Source: Phoronis australis
Taxonomy: Eukaryota; Animalia; Phoronida
Assembly: GCA_002633005.1 (NCBI GenBank)
Contig: NMRA01000015.1
Coordinates: forward strand, 1,021,598-1,085,597
Direction: 5' to 3'
DNA length: 64,000 bases
Shown: positions 1-13,400 of the stretch, piece by piece
Position numbering within the stretch: the stretch's first letter is position 1
How the letters are laid out: each line of letters opens with the position of its first letter
The notes under the pieces: model-generated
Database searches by the model: none
The model's input: only the letters and a program-made list of their open reading frames with translations
What the model was told of the DNA's origin: nothing
Position numbers and translations under genes: made by a program

Positions 1-603
1 AGTGAAGCACTTTAAAAACAACTTTTATAAACATTTTGGAGAACAGTGTATAGAGCACACAATGTGAACATTTCATACGAATCAGATCAGGTATTCCTAT
101 AAAGATATGACGTTTTGAAATTAAGACAAATTTGGAATTTTTCCAGGGTTCTTCATAACCATTAAACGGAGACTTAGAAAAACAAACAGGAAATACTGTA
201 ACACTAAAACTCCCATAAGTCATATGAGCACAAGATCTTCGCTAACTTGCATAACGTTTCACAGTACGATTATTCTAGTTTGTATACTCTACCCAATGGA
301 TAAGTCATATTTGCTTATAACTCAAATAAATTCTTTTGGTCTGGTTACCTTCAACTTGAGCAAGTTTTGCAGCTGTAGAATGATTTAAATTCATGAGTTA
401 CATTTTAAAGTCAAAACTTCTGAATCAGCCAATATAAAACATCTTTTAAAAATATGTGCAGACAATTCATTTGGTGAATATTAATAAATGGATATCAAAA
501 GTATCAATTCTAACAAAAAATTAGACTCTGCAATGCTCCCAAGATCAAATGACATTTTCAGGCAAGTAAGTCCTGCCTGTGTGACAAAGGAAAGTCACCT
601 CAC

Positions 604-2540
604 CTTTACAAAGTCTCCCCCTTGAACCATGAAATCCTTAATGACGCGATGAAATGAGGCACCTTTGTAACCGATGGGAACGCCATCTTTTGTGAACTCA
701 CCAGTACAGAACTGCCTACAAGTGCAATCACACTATCAGCTGATATGGTCAAAAGACAACAGATGACTTCAGAGTTGTAGTGTTCATTATCTGTGATTCA
801 GAATCCACATTGTGCTTCCCATTTTATTTCTATGAACACTATGTGAAGTCCTTGACCCAAATGTGATTCAACTACAACATAACGAGGTCTTCAGTATCAT
901 TATGCAGGTTGTGAACATCATCAGATCTTCAGTATCATGATGCAGATTGTGAACATCACTTTTGTGGCACAAAGGGATGAAAGTGTTTCAACTTCTCTTG
1001 AATGCAACACTAGTCCACTTCAGGTTACTTCCTAACCATTCCTGAAACTTATTTTTATAGCCGAGATACTTGGACCAACGCAACAAAATAGCCTTGCCCA
1101 AGGAAACACAGCCACAAGTCAGCGTGAGCCAAACTCAGAACATAACGGCTGGAAGCTTGTCATGCTTACCACTGAGACAAAAAGACGCTGTGCAATAATA
1201 ATCGTGAACAATTCAAAATTTGTTAACAAACTCACTTAATCTAATGCCTAAATCGGAGGCACAGATTTACTGACCCTTTAATAGATTCGTTTTTTCATAA
1301 AAGATGTGTAACACCAAATAAATGCTTTACTATTTCCAACTTCTATGCTATTGCTAGCATCAGACAATATTTTGAGAAATAGCAGGCATTCACAACAACG
1401 TGAAATGCTTTCAAAAAATTAAAAGATTAATCTCAACAATTACTTTTAGTACTAAATTTGTAAGACTTTGCAATGTGTTCGTGTCTATGAACTCCAACTG
1501 GAATACTTACCTAAAGTTTTCAGCTGTTTTCGGGACGACATCAGCAAAAAGCTCAAAAACCATTCGATCGGGTTCCTGAATAACAATTCAATGATGTTTT
1601 AAGAAGTAACACAGTACAACAAAAAAATCAATTCATAAGGAATCAAAGTATTTCAAGAATTAAATTTACACCGCGCCGTGAAACTTGTATCAACATGTAA
1701 AGCTAAAGACCGGACGGTGTGCATGCAAAATCTGGGAGCCAACCAACACTCACCTTGCCCGTTAGAGCCGTTTAAGTGAAAAACAATGCAATAAACGTCA
1801 TTTTCTTGCGTAACTCACCACTTTTTCTAACAATGAAAATAATTTCGTCGTTTTGAAAACAGTACGCTCGTGTCACGCGCACGCGCCATTTCCTAAATTT
1901 TTGCGACATCTCTCGGGAGATGATGATAGCTTGGCAGCAGCAAAATTTCTTCTGAAATTCGATTTTTCGGTATCAAAATTCTAAAAACTTATAATGAAGT
2001 GAAACCAGTTCTGATAATTTGTTGTGACGTGTACGCAACCTCGTGAAAGAACAACAGTTGATTGAATAATCGGCGAAAAAAGAAACTGGCCAATAGGTGA
2101 CGCAAAATTTCATGGCGCCGAAAGCGGTCACTAAAGATCGCTACACAACTTTAGCAGCAGAATAACGGTGGAACGCCATTTTTGCCAACACCGTTAAATA
2201 ATTTAAATTACTCAAGGAAGACTGTAGTTTTTAATGACGCTAATTTTGTGTCAGATTTTATCTTACCACTTTTTTACCCGCATCGGTGCAAAGCTGTATA
2301 TTTATATACAGCTATGTACCTGGCTGGCTACACTACTACTACTAGCCATCCAGCTAGCTGTATGAAGACTGTCGTCACCACAAACATCTCCCCATAAATA
2401 TAGCTAGTCAGGACAGTCAAGGAATGCTAAGGAAACTTCCAGTGATGAATTTAAGAAAAACTTACAGAGCCTCCTATTGAAACATCAAAGAAAACAGTTG
2501 GATTACTGGGGTTTCTCAACCGGTCTTGGTACTTCGCCAT
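604..2540 (-). CDS. PPIH: Peptidyl-prolyl cis-trans isomerase H (cyclophilin H), first three coding exons; the gene continues off the left edge
   Basis: Exons 2540-2466, 1575-1511 and 715-604 have GT-AG boundaries and consistent phases. They translate to [84 protein letters not shown]. The [18 protein letters not shown] segment is characteristic of cyclophilin H. Confidence 0.93.
1075..1180 (-). mobile_element. Degenerate tRNA-derived SINE in a PPIH intron
   Basis: The minus strand reads CTCAGTGGTAAGC followed by GTGTTTCCTTGGGCAAGG, a core-like motif. Confidence 0.4.
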
Positions 2541-3010
2541 CACGAATCAGGTTGATTAAAATTAATCAAAAACACATTAATTTCATCAAAATTTCTCATA
2601 ATTTTCAAAATATTTAACTTTTTAAAACCAATTATAAAGAAACATGTATTTTTTACAAAATTAAATTATCAAATTTCTTAAAATTAGTCAAATTATGTAA
2701 AAAAATTACTACAATTTTGATTGTTTTGGACTTGATTATTATAGTTCAGCACTGGCTGAGGGTACAGTTCACAAAAACATTAATTACAATTAGTAAAGTT
2801 ATAATAGATAAAAAATAATGTTATTAAAAAGTATATTATGCTCTTATTGAGTTTATTTATGTTATTTTGTATCTAAAATATCTAAAAACATTTTTATTAT
2901 TAATAGTGTAACGGGTTTCATGCTGCGAAAGTGACCTACATTTCTGAAGGAAAAAATCGGTCGAACGAAGAACGAAAGGTAAACTGAGCTGAGCTGTGGT
3001 TTGTGAGCAG
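2541..3010. promoter_or_regulatory. Probable bidirectional promoter PPIH/ARMC9, including a candidate non-coding first exon of ARMC9
   Basis: The genes are head-to-head. A very AT-rich tract spans about 2550-2900. There is a plus-strand donor CAG|GTGAGC at 3010/3011 and an acceptor at 4468 just before the ARMC9 ATG. Confidence 0.55.
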
Positions 3011-3681
3011 GTGAGCTGGTGATCGATTACGAATTTATGATCAGATTCACAAGAGTTGCACGAAATTAAGACATTAAGAAATTCTGTTAAGTGTTCATGT
3101 TGCCTTTTATTGGCCGATTTTATAGATTGAGCGTGTTTCTGTCACAGTCAGTGTCAGTGACTGACACTATCACTGATAGTGTCAGTGTCAGTGTCATTGA
3201 CAGTGACTGTCCTCAGACACTGACCCAGAGCCACAGGCTGACTCAGTGACTGGCAACTTGGGAGCGTATTTTGATCTTTGCAGAACGTAGCTCTCATGCA
3301 CTACACATATGGTAAGGGGACTTACACTGCTTTTATGTGTAGTAATAGCCGATTTCACCCGACTTGGGAATCTTACCAGTGACCCCGGTTAAACTGCCGA
3401 GCGTGCTCATTGGCGGATTGTCAACAATGGCACAAATTTACTGATACTTTCTTCAAAAATTCACCATTCTACCTCTATAAAGCTTTTCGCATAAGTTATT
3501 TTGCGAATGTGTACTTGACTCTTCATAATCAAACTTTGAGTGTAAAATTGCAGCACCACCTTGTGGTAACTTTGCTGATCGCATCATCACTTAGCAAAAA
3601 CTTTCATGTTTGTTCTGTATAGAAAGTCAGTGGGAAATCTCAAGTTAACTTCATTGTTTGCATTGACAGTCCTTCAGTATC

Positions 3682-4181
3682 CAGGGCTTGGAATTTTCCG
3701 CGGAAATGCGGATTTCCGCTTTTTTCAAATGTTCTGTCCGCGCATTTTATTATATTTCCGCGTAAAAAAATCGGATTTGATATAAAATTTCTGCGGCAAA
3801 TTCTTTTCTTACCGCTGCGTTGCAGACGACGTTCACCTCGAAAAGCGGATGTTGCTCTTTATGTTTCGGAGGAACGTAAATTGTCAACATTGCCGGGGCA
3901 TCTGGGATAGCGTGGTGGGATTTTCAATGGCGTCTCGTGTTATTGTAAACCGCGGCGACAAATACTATGGCTCTGCAGCCAAAATGTGTGGGTTGGGAGT
4001 GGACGGACGAGCTAAAACGGCGCAGACGCATGCTACTGTTGGTGGTAACATTTTTTTTTTTTTAGTCCTCCCGATTTTTGTCGGGGAAAGGTTCACATCG
4101 ACCATTTCAAGGCTGGGTAGCGCGCATGATTTGGGCCGTAAAAGTTTCCGCGTTTTTTGTCATTGGGCATTCCAAGCCCTG
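3682..4181. mobile_element. Non-autonomous DNA transposon (MITE) with TIR CAGGGCTTGGAAT
   Basis: Ends are CAGGGCTTGGAAT and ATTCCAAGCCCTG, AGTAT is repeated in the flanks, and the same termini occur at 32339-32551. Confidence 0.75.
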
Positions 4182-4498
4182 AGTATGGGACTTAACTAAA
4201 AGTGGGAAAATGCAAGAGTGTGTTCGATACATAAAATAATGATGTGTCATGACAACCCCCATTTAGAGCCTCGTTTTCAACAATAACAAACTGTCAGTTC
4301 TCTTGAAGCCATGAAATCACCTCAAAATTGACTTGGGAAGATTTTGAGAACAATTTCATAATGGTATTGGTCAGTAGTCTAAATCAAAATCTGTTAGTTG
4401 TGATGAAAGGTTGGTTTTTAGCCACTTGCCACTTTCTAAGGTTTTGTTCGTTTATAAAAAATTTTCAGGAAGATGATCTTGAATTAACAGTTGGGAAC

Positions 4499-7400
4499 AT
4501 GTCATCACAGATATCAGGAATTGCTCACGAAGGAGAGATAAATGGCGTTGTTAAGGAGGTGAGGTGTTGGCGTTATCTTGCGAGAAATATGCAAGTTTTG
4601 TGCAATCTGCTCCAATTTGTTGCAATTACGAGTTTTGAATTTTGCCGTAATGATTCTGACTCATGTGTGTCAAATTTAAAATCAATGCTATGAGTTTAAA
4701 TTCGTTGGACGTGAGTCATTTTTTCAGTAAAACAAGAAATCTTTGATTTTTGATGCTAGTTCAGCTCTGATTCCTAGTATATTTACATACAGACTTTTGG
4801 TCGTGTTCATGAATTTTCTTGTTTGCCCCAAGTTTGAACTTTCTGTTCTGGGAGAAAACTGTCATGGTAAAATTTTCTTTAAAATAGAATATTTCAAATT
4901 ATTTCTGAAAATAAATTCCTGATATGTTTAGGTTTTATCTTGCCTATTTTTGAGAAATAGAAATTGGGTACATGCTGCACTCAGTGACATCACTGTTGTC
5001 AAGGTGAGATTTTTAGGATTGCTTGGTGACATCACTGTTGTCAAGGTGATATCATAGGATTGCTTGGTGACAGTTTCTTGACAAATATAAAGATTAAGAA
5101 AACTTTTGTCTGTTACTGGCATGTTTTTCTACTGAGTAGATGTCTGCAGCTTTTGGTAAATTTTTCATTGATTTCTGTTAAGTAATCAGCCTTAAGTTTG
5201 AAGAATGGAAAATGGCATTTTTTTGTAATTAGTTTTGTGCAAAATAAGTGGAGATGTGGCTCTATATGCGTAAAATTTGTTCCACTGTGACACTTTGTCT
5301 TCATGATTTGTTCCACTGTGACACTTTATCTTCAAGGTTTTTTACATGTGTGTTACTGTGACTTGGCCATTACTTGAGACTCATTATTATCTTCTTAATG
5401 TGAGAAAGTGCTCTTTATTTCTATTCCAGTATTTGGAATTCTGCAAGTTCGATCAAACCGTAATAACCTTTGTGGAGGAGTGTCATGACCTTGGCCGATC
5501 GCTGAAACCAGACGCAAATAAATTGGCAAAGTCGTCAACGAAATTAGTGGCTATTCAGGTCTGTATTATTGAAAATCAGGTATTGTACTAATACTATGTG
5601 TTGTGATGGAGTTTTTCTAAATCGATATCATTAAAGTTAGTCATGCAGTCATAAAATTTGTTGTCTGCCTGGTCATCTCGGATCTTGAAAAGCACTTAAA
5701 TTTGACTGGTGGCCTTGAAATGGAATTTAACGTTGACTTTGAAAAGTACTTGACTGGCTATTTTCGCTCTTGTGTTTCAAAAGTTATTATTTAGACTTTT
5801 CATTTGAAAATTCTTCATATCCTCACTGAGAGCATTTATTTACTTGAGAAATCTCTAACATGACTGAGCATTTGGCGTACATAATCAATCATAAGAATTT
5901 TGCCAAGAGGGGGTTCGTGCAAAAGCGTTCTTTTAAGTCCTTGTACAACTCAGTTTCATCTCTGAAAATGGTGGATTTTCACTGAAACTTTAACAGGTTA
6001 TGACATAGTGTTTTTTCTTGTTAAGATTCGTTTCATCAGTTGGGCCCTGGAACAGTTTAATTTAATAGGAAATGGTTTGTGGCATGTCTCTACAAATCTC
6101 ATGCTGTTTTCAAACTACAGTAAAATCTCACAACGTTTGGACAAACATAATTGCTGAAGTTACGCTCTCTTCATGTTTCAAGGGCTTCTTTCATTGTTCT
6201 GAATGCTTACAATTTTTGGAATGTTGTAGCTGCAGTTCAGAAATTGTATGTGGAAAAGCATCCATTTGGTCTTTTATAGAAAAATGAGAAAATAAAATTT
6301 CACATTGTGTCCTGAATTTGTGAGAGTTTACCGTACATTGTTCGTTCATTTTCAGAATGATCTTATTCAACTGTTTCACCATGGACGGTGTGAGGAGTTT
6401 TTTGCACTTTGGGACTCTGCACTTCAGGATGCGTTGCGAAATGAAAACATAACTGCCCAGAAGCTGGAATTTAATCTCAACATTTACTTTGCCACCTATC
6501 CTATTAGAAATGGATCTGCGGTTGGTTCACTTCTCAATGTTCTGAAAGCTAATAAAACTATATTTCCAAGTGTTGTTTTTAAAGTGTAATGTTACAGAAC
6601 TATGATGCATGAAAAGTAATGATAATAGCATTATGTGTTGGTCACTGCAAGATGGCTTATGTAATGCTTGGTTTTTCACTGTCCTCAATTATTCTGCTCT
6701 ACCTAGTGCAAAATTAAGCCTGTGCCATACATACATCACTCACTTGTTTACGAATAGCTTGGTACAGCATTGTAACTAGATAATAATGATGTGATTTTGC
6801 ATTCCGCCCAGCATGATCTCGTCTTTAATCATCTGTTATAAGACTGGTTATTTTCACAGAATTCAGTGGAGACGGAGAAGGCCATTAATTATTTCAAGAA
6901 GTATCTGGAGTCACGAGGTGCTAAACTCAGTCAGACGACAGAGTTTCTGCCATTCTATGCACTACCCTTTGTGCCGAACCCCACGACACACCCATCATAC
7001 AAGGATCTGTTCTCTGTAAGTGTGTCTAGAGTCGTGGTTCTTTAAATTATGATTTGTACCTTTTAAACCAAGTCTTTATTTGTATTAACATTAAATGTAT
7101 AGGACAGAGATACTAATTGATTGATTTTGCTGTATTGGGGTATATTTTGCAAGTTGTTTCTCAAGCCAAGCTGGAATTTACTTTTAGTTTCAATATTTTG
7201 ATACATGCATATCATATCATGGCAGATTAATTTGATGTTGGTCGAAGCTGAGACTAAAAGTATGACGTAGCAATTGGTGACATTGAGCCTGATTGGAACC
7301 AGGCTTAAATTTAACTTAGTGTTAACCAGCATGGGCAACAAGTGTAACTGAGATATTCAAAGTGGAAAGATTCTCTTTAGATGAATAAGATTGCAGTGTA

Positions 7401-10400
7401 GTGTGGTGTCAATCTACTTACAATTAAAATTACTGACATCTTTAATCATCAAAAACAAGAGTGTTGTAGATTTCTAGTTTTAGTGACTTCTGAGATCTTA
7501 ACTTGTGCCTTTAATGAATTATTTCAGGATTCATGGGTACCAGAACTTCAACAGAAACTTGAGGGTTTCTTGACTGAAGCTCTCCAAGCCAAACCACAAC
7601 CTCAACTCTTAGAACTCTATGTATCCTTAACGTCTTGTTGCACCAGTGAACAGGTTTATGCAAAAGTCCCATTTTTAGGAATCTTTATTGCTCTTACTTG
7701 GAAAAGTATTGCCAAATCTGCGGTGTAATGTTTAACGGCTGAATAGTTATTCCTTAACTGAGTGTATCAGAATGGTGGTGGAGGAATATCTTCTAAAGGT
7801 AAGCTGATTATTTTTTGAAGATGTGGGGTTTTTTTCAAGAAAATTCAAATTTAATTCACTTGGGAGTGTCAAAAAGACTTGTTCTGTATCCATTGTGGAG
7901 TTGGATGTTAGCAAACTCCCAGATTTGTTTTATCACTTGAAGTCTGCTGAATGCTCCAATTAGAAGTCACCCTCTCACTGAAATAGAGTGTGAATGTGTT
8001 ATGGATTGAAGTATGAATGTGTTATGGTCTGAAGTGTGTATGTGTTATGGACTGAGACGAGGCTCTGCTATTAGAATTTTTATTTACTGTGAGTATTTGT
8101 CTTTATTGTTATTGTTTTACGATTATGATTGAACCTCTTCCCTTTACTGTAATGTTTTGTTTACAGAAGCTAAAGATCAGCAAGATATATTACAACAACA
8201 GTTAACTGATTCTGAGAGACGGTGTGGCACATACATGAAGAGATACAATAAAATTCAGGTACTGTGTGCTATAAAACATACCATAATTATGCTCTCCTGG
8301 GTATACACCTTCTTCAAATGTTTCCTTTTTCTCATGTTTACACATGCCAGGCGCCTGTTTCATGAAAAGTGACTTAAGACTGGAGACAGAAATTTGGTCT
8401 TACGCACCGCATTAACTATTTCAGAAAAATAATTAAATCTCACTTGTGCAACAGTGCAAAGTCTCTGAGAATAAACAAATAACTGATAGTTACTGAGATA
8501 ATTTCTATAAGTTGTTTTCGTAGTGATGCATTCATAATTACTTAGTTAAACCTTTATTCAGGGATTGTGAGGTGGAGAGTGTAAAACCAAATATCAGTCT
8601 TAAGTCTTATGTCGCATTCATGAAACAAACCCTCAGTCATGTATAAGCTCCCCTTCTTACCTCATGGTCCAAATTTAATCAAACTGGTCTGTCCTATGGT
8701 TAGGGGTGCCGGTGCAAAACTGCTTTGGAAAAACAAGTCGCATTGGCCTGTGTTAATCACGAGCACTTGTCAGGCAAAAGCATGATTCACATTAGTCATC
8801 AGCTGTGTATCCCTCCTTACCCCACTTCCTGTAGAAACCTATGGCCTTATCCACAAATCCCATTTACATTCCCATGGGCTTGTGTTTATGCAGATCCCGC
8901 AATGAGTTTTTGTGATTTAATAATGATTTATTGGTGTTAAAAGCTGTGCCCACTTTTGTGTGTTACAGCAATAACTATATTATAATGTGCCAAGGTAATG
9001 ACATGCCGTCCACTGTCTTGAAAAACTGGTCGTCACTCCCAACACAGCCACTGTAAAATTTCTTTATTACTATTTTATCCATAGGCTGATTACCATAACC
9101 TGATCGGGATAACAGCTGATTTAGTGGATTCATTAGAGGCTACAGTTCAAGGTCAAATGGTGAGTGGCAAGGTCACATATCATTGAATTGTGGTCATTGG
9201 CTGTCTATTTGTGAGTTGTATAGTAAATTGAGTATATGTAGCTGTGTTTAGTAACCATATATTTCAATTTTATAAATAACATCCGCCTCAGTAAAATTTT
9301 GTGTTAACTTCAGCCTGATTTGTCCTTTAAGTTTCCCTTGTTTGGTCATCATTGATTGTCAGTGTTCACGTCTCGTCAATTTCAGATAACTCCTGAGTAC
9401 CTGCAGGAGATCTGTGCACGACTCTTCCAAAATCAGATGCGACAATCCATGGTCAACCAGTCAGTGGCAGCTGTGGACTTCACGCGTCCGGGCACTGCTG
9501 GCCAAGTACTGAGGGCCTCTGTTGTTCAACCTGTGTAAGCGTTACTCATTTGTACACCCCTGAATAATTTGCATTTCTTAAATTTGCAATGCTCATCACT
9601 TGTATGATTTTGCAGAAGAATTGCCAGTGAAGTGTATTTATTTGTAAAGTAAACTAGTAAACAACAAAAGAGTCGCTACTTTTGATTTCAGTTTAATTAA
9701 TTAAATTGTCTGAATGCATAAAGTGAGTTTTTGCAGCCTCCATTAATTCTTCCTCTATGTTGCACGCAATATTGCAAAAATTTAGTGTGATTTTGTTTAA
9801 AATTTTCATCAAAATAAAGATGATTTAAAAGTTGTAGACTATTGTTAGATTAGTTTGTACTATCTAGATGTCATAAAACAGCATTTAGTATTTGTAATTG
9901 CATTATTTGCAATAAGGTTGTCTGCCTTTGAGAAAAAGAGAAATGTAAAGTTTTGGTAATTATTTTTCTTGAAAATAAGTGAAAAATTGATGTAACTTGT
10001 AATTCTGCCTACTCGGTCATGTGACGCTGCCTTAGACAAACAAAGACAAGAGCCGCTGCAAGTAATCAAGTTTGGCATAGCGAAATGCTGCACGATTTCG
10101 GACAAGGTGTCGTTGTGAATTCAGGCAAATTAATTCTGTTAACTTATCCATTTGCATTGAAGCCTTTTTGGGAAAAGATTAGGTGTTTCCAAGCCAGAGA
10201 GTGTAGGGACTTTCTTGGGTCATGAGGCAAAGCCGGAGCGAGTGTGTCAGATTTACATGAAATGTTGCACTATGCTCACTTAATGTTGCACTATGCTCAC
10301 TTAATGTTGCACTATGCTCAAATAAAAATTATGTATAATTGGTAACAGGTGATGTTAACAAAGTGTTGAATGATTGTTTGACATCAAAGAAAATTTTTGA

Positions 10401-13400
10401 GAAGATTTGCAAATAGGAAAAATCGGGCATTCTAAAAGTGCCACCTAATTCTGAATGAGGTCCTTGGTGTTGGTGACAAATATGCTTCAGTATATTAATT
10501 AATTATGTCGCAAAAATTGGGCCAAATTTGAGCTTTTTGATTGGCTGCAACGGAAAGTTAAAAGGTGAAATTCCCATATAAGGAATTGAGAAAGCAGTAT
10601 CACTAGCGAGGTCATCAGCTTGGAAGGATTCCTGGGGGAGTGTTGTGTTCTCTACATTCCCATGGTAGTCTGTATTTGGTAAACTAGAGCTTACTTACTA
10701 TTGTGTTGCAGGTAGTTTCCATGGACCATGTTCACTTTCAGTCAACACTGGCTGTGTTATCTCTAGTATGCCGGAGTCTGGTGGAGCTGGAGGAATTGTT
10801 CCCTGATATTTTATGGGTTTTGTTGGCTTTGGTGTAATCCCCCAGTTAATCGATCAGGATATCGGCTGTCAGAGTTACTCAATTTCCATTGACATTTTTT
10901 CACTATTTTGCATTGAATTCCAATGACTCTTGAACTATTTTGTACACGAAAATGTCTTGGGCACATATGGCAGACGTGTGTTTATGTCACATGATCATAT
11001 TCCGCACTCCGATTGGTCTATGAAACTACTTAAATTGACATCTGTCTTTACAGCCATCAAAAGCCTGCTGAGCCAGAAGATAGTGGTCCAGTTGTGCTGG
11101 ACTTTAATAAAATTAAGAAGGATCTCACTTCGGGTGATGAAAGACGACAGGCTCTATTGCTACAGGCACTCAGATGGGTAGGTACTGTGTACACAACTGA
11201 CATCTCTATGACTACATCTCCATGACTACATCTCCATGACTACATCTTTATGACATCTCTTTGACAATATTCTCCACATCTTTGTTTGATTATATATGAT
11301 TTATTTACCTTCACCTAGGACACTTGATTTATTTTTGATATTGTCTTAATTAACTTTACCATGAAATAAAGACTGTATGTTGGTTTGTAAAGCCACAGTT
11401 TGTATGTGAATTTTAGGTGTCTTTGCCACTGGTCAGTTGGTTTCATGTTATGTGACTTTTGGTTGTAATTTTGTGAACTCACAACTTCATCAAAGTAACC
11501 TGTTTTCCATACTCAAAGATCACAAAACCATTTTGCTCTGACAGGTGATGAATAAATTGTGATTTAGACAAATGGTTTTCTATTTTCACTGAAGTATTTT
11601 TTGTGTTCTCTGTTTTCCAGCGTCTAACCAGATCACCCTCTGGTGAAGTTCGCGATACCGTCTTGCATTCGTACATACAGAATGACCTGTTGGGATGTTC
11701 CACTCCTGGGGGTGACAGGGTAGGTGTGGTGTATGGCTTGGACATTACTGTGTATGTCTGGTTGGTTAAACCCTAATGTTAAGTGTTGATATTTTTTCAT
11801 TGTTAAATTATGTTATCAATATCATTTCAATTCTGGACTACAATAATTTGTTAGTACTCAAATAATCAGGATGTCAACGTGAATGACCATCAAGTATTGA
11901 GATGTGTAATGTATTTGGTTGAACCTTATATCTGCAGCACAGCTTTTCAATTCAGATGCAGAATTTAGTGGATATTTGTTTTTCATACTATCATTTATGC
12001 TGCGATTTTTATCAAAAGTCCATTTATTTTTTGTTGAACACAATTTTAGGAACACTGGGTAATGTGTCGATATCTTTAAGTTAGTCATCTGGCCAGAGTT
12101 GTTTAGACAAAGCATGCGATTATTGCGCTACGTAACACGATTTTACATGTCAGAGAATTACACTTTATTCCAACATGGCCAACAGCAATGTTAAAATGCA
12201 ACACCATTATCACGGGTGAGAAACAACATGACCGCCGGTCCTCTAAATCGGACCGACTCACCCANCATGACTACATCTCCATGACTACATCTCCATGACT
12301 ACATCTCCATGACTACATCTCCATGACTACATCTCCATGACTACATCTCCATGACTACATCTCCATGACTACATCTCCATGACTACATCTCCATGACTAC
12401 ATATCCATGACTACATATCCATGACTACATCTCCATGACTACATATCCATGACTACATATCCATGACTACATCTCCATGACTACATCTCCATGACTACAT
12501 CTTTATGACATCTCTTTGACAATATTCTCCACATCTTTGTTTGATTATATATGATTATTTACCTTCACCTAGGACACCTGATTTATTTTTGATATTGTCT
12601 TAATTAACTTTACCATGAACTATGGACTGTATGTTGGTTTGTAAAGCCACAGTTTGTACGTGAATTTTAGGTGTCTTTGCCACTGGTCAGTTTGTTTCAT
12701 GTTATGTGACTTTTGATTGTAATTTTGTGAACTCACAATTTCATCAAAGTAACCTGTTTTCCATACTCAAAGAACACAAAAACCATTTTGCTCTGACATG
12801 TGATGAATGAATTGTGATTTAGACAAATGGTTTTCTATTTTCACTGAAGTATTTTTTGTGTTCTCTGTTTTCCAGCGTCTAACCAGATCACCCTCTGGTG
12901 AAGTTCGTGATACCGTCTTGCATTCGTACATACAGAATGACCTGTTAGGATGTTCCACTCCTGGGGGTGACAGGGTAGGTGTGGTGTATGGCTTGGACAT
13001 TACTGTGTATGTCTGGTTGGTTAGACCCTAATGTTAAGTGTTGATATTTTTTCATTGTTAAATTATGTTATCAATATCATTTCAATTCTGGACTACAATA
13101 ATTTGTTAGTACTCAAATAATCAGGATGTCAATGTGAATGACCATCAAGTATTGAGATGTGTAATGTATTTTGGTTGAACCTTATATCTGCAGCACAGCT
13201 TTTCAATTCAGATGAAGAATTTAGTGGATATTTGTTTTTCATACTACCATTTATACTGCGATTTTTAACAAAATTCCATTTATTTTTTGTTGAACACAAT
13301 TTTAGGAACACTGGGTAATGTGTCGATATCTTTAAGTTAGTCATCTGGCCAGAGTTGTTTAGACAAAGCATGCGATTATTGCGCTACGTAACACGATTTT

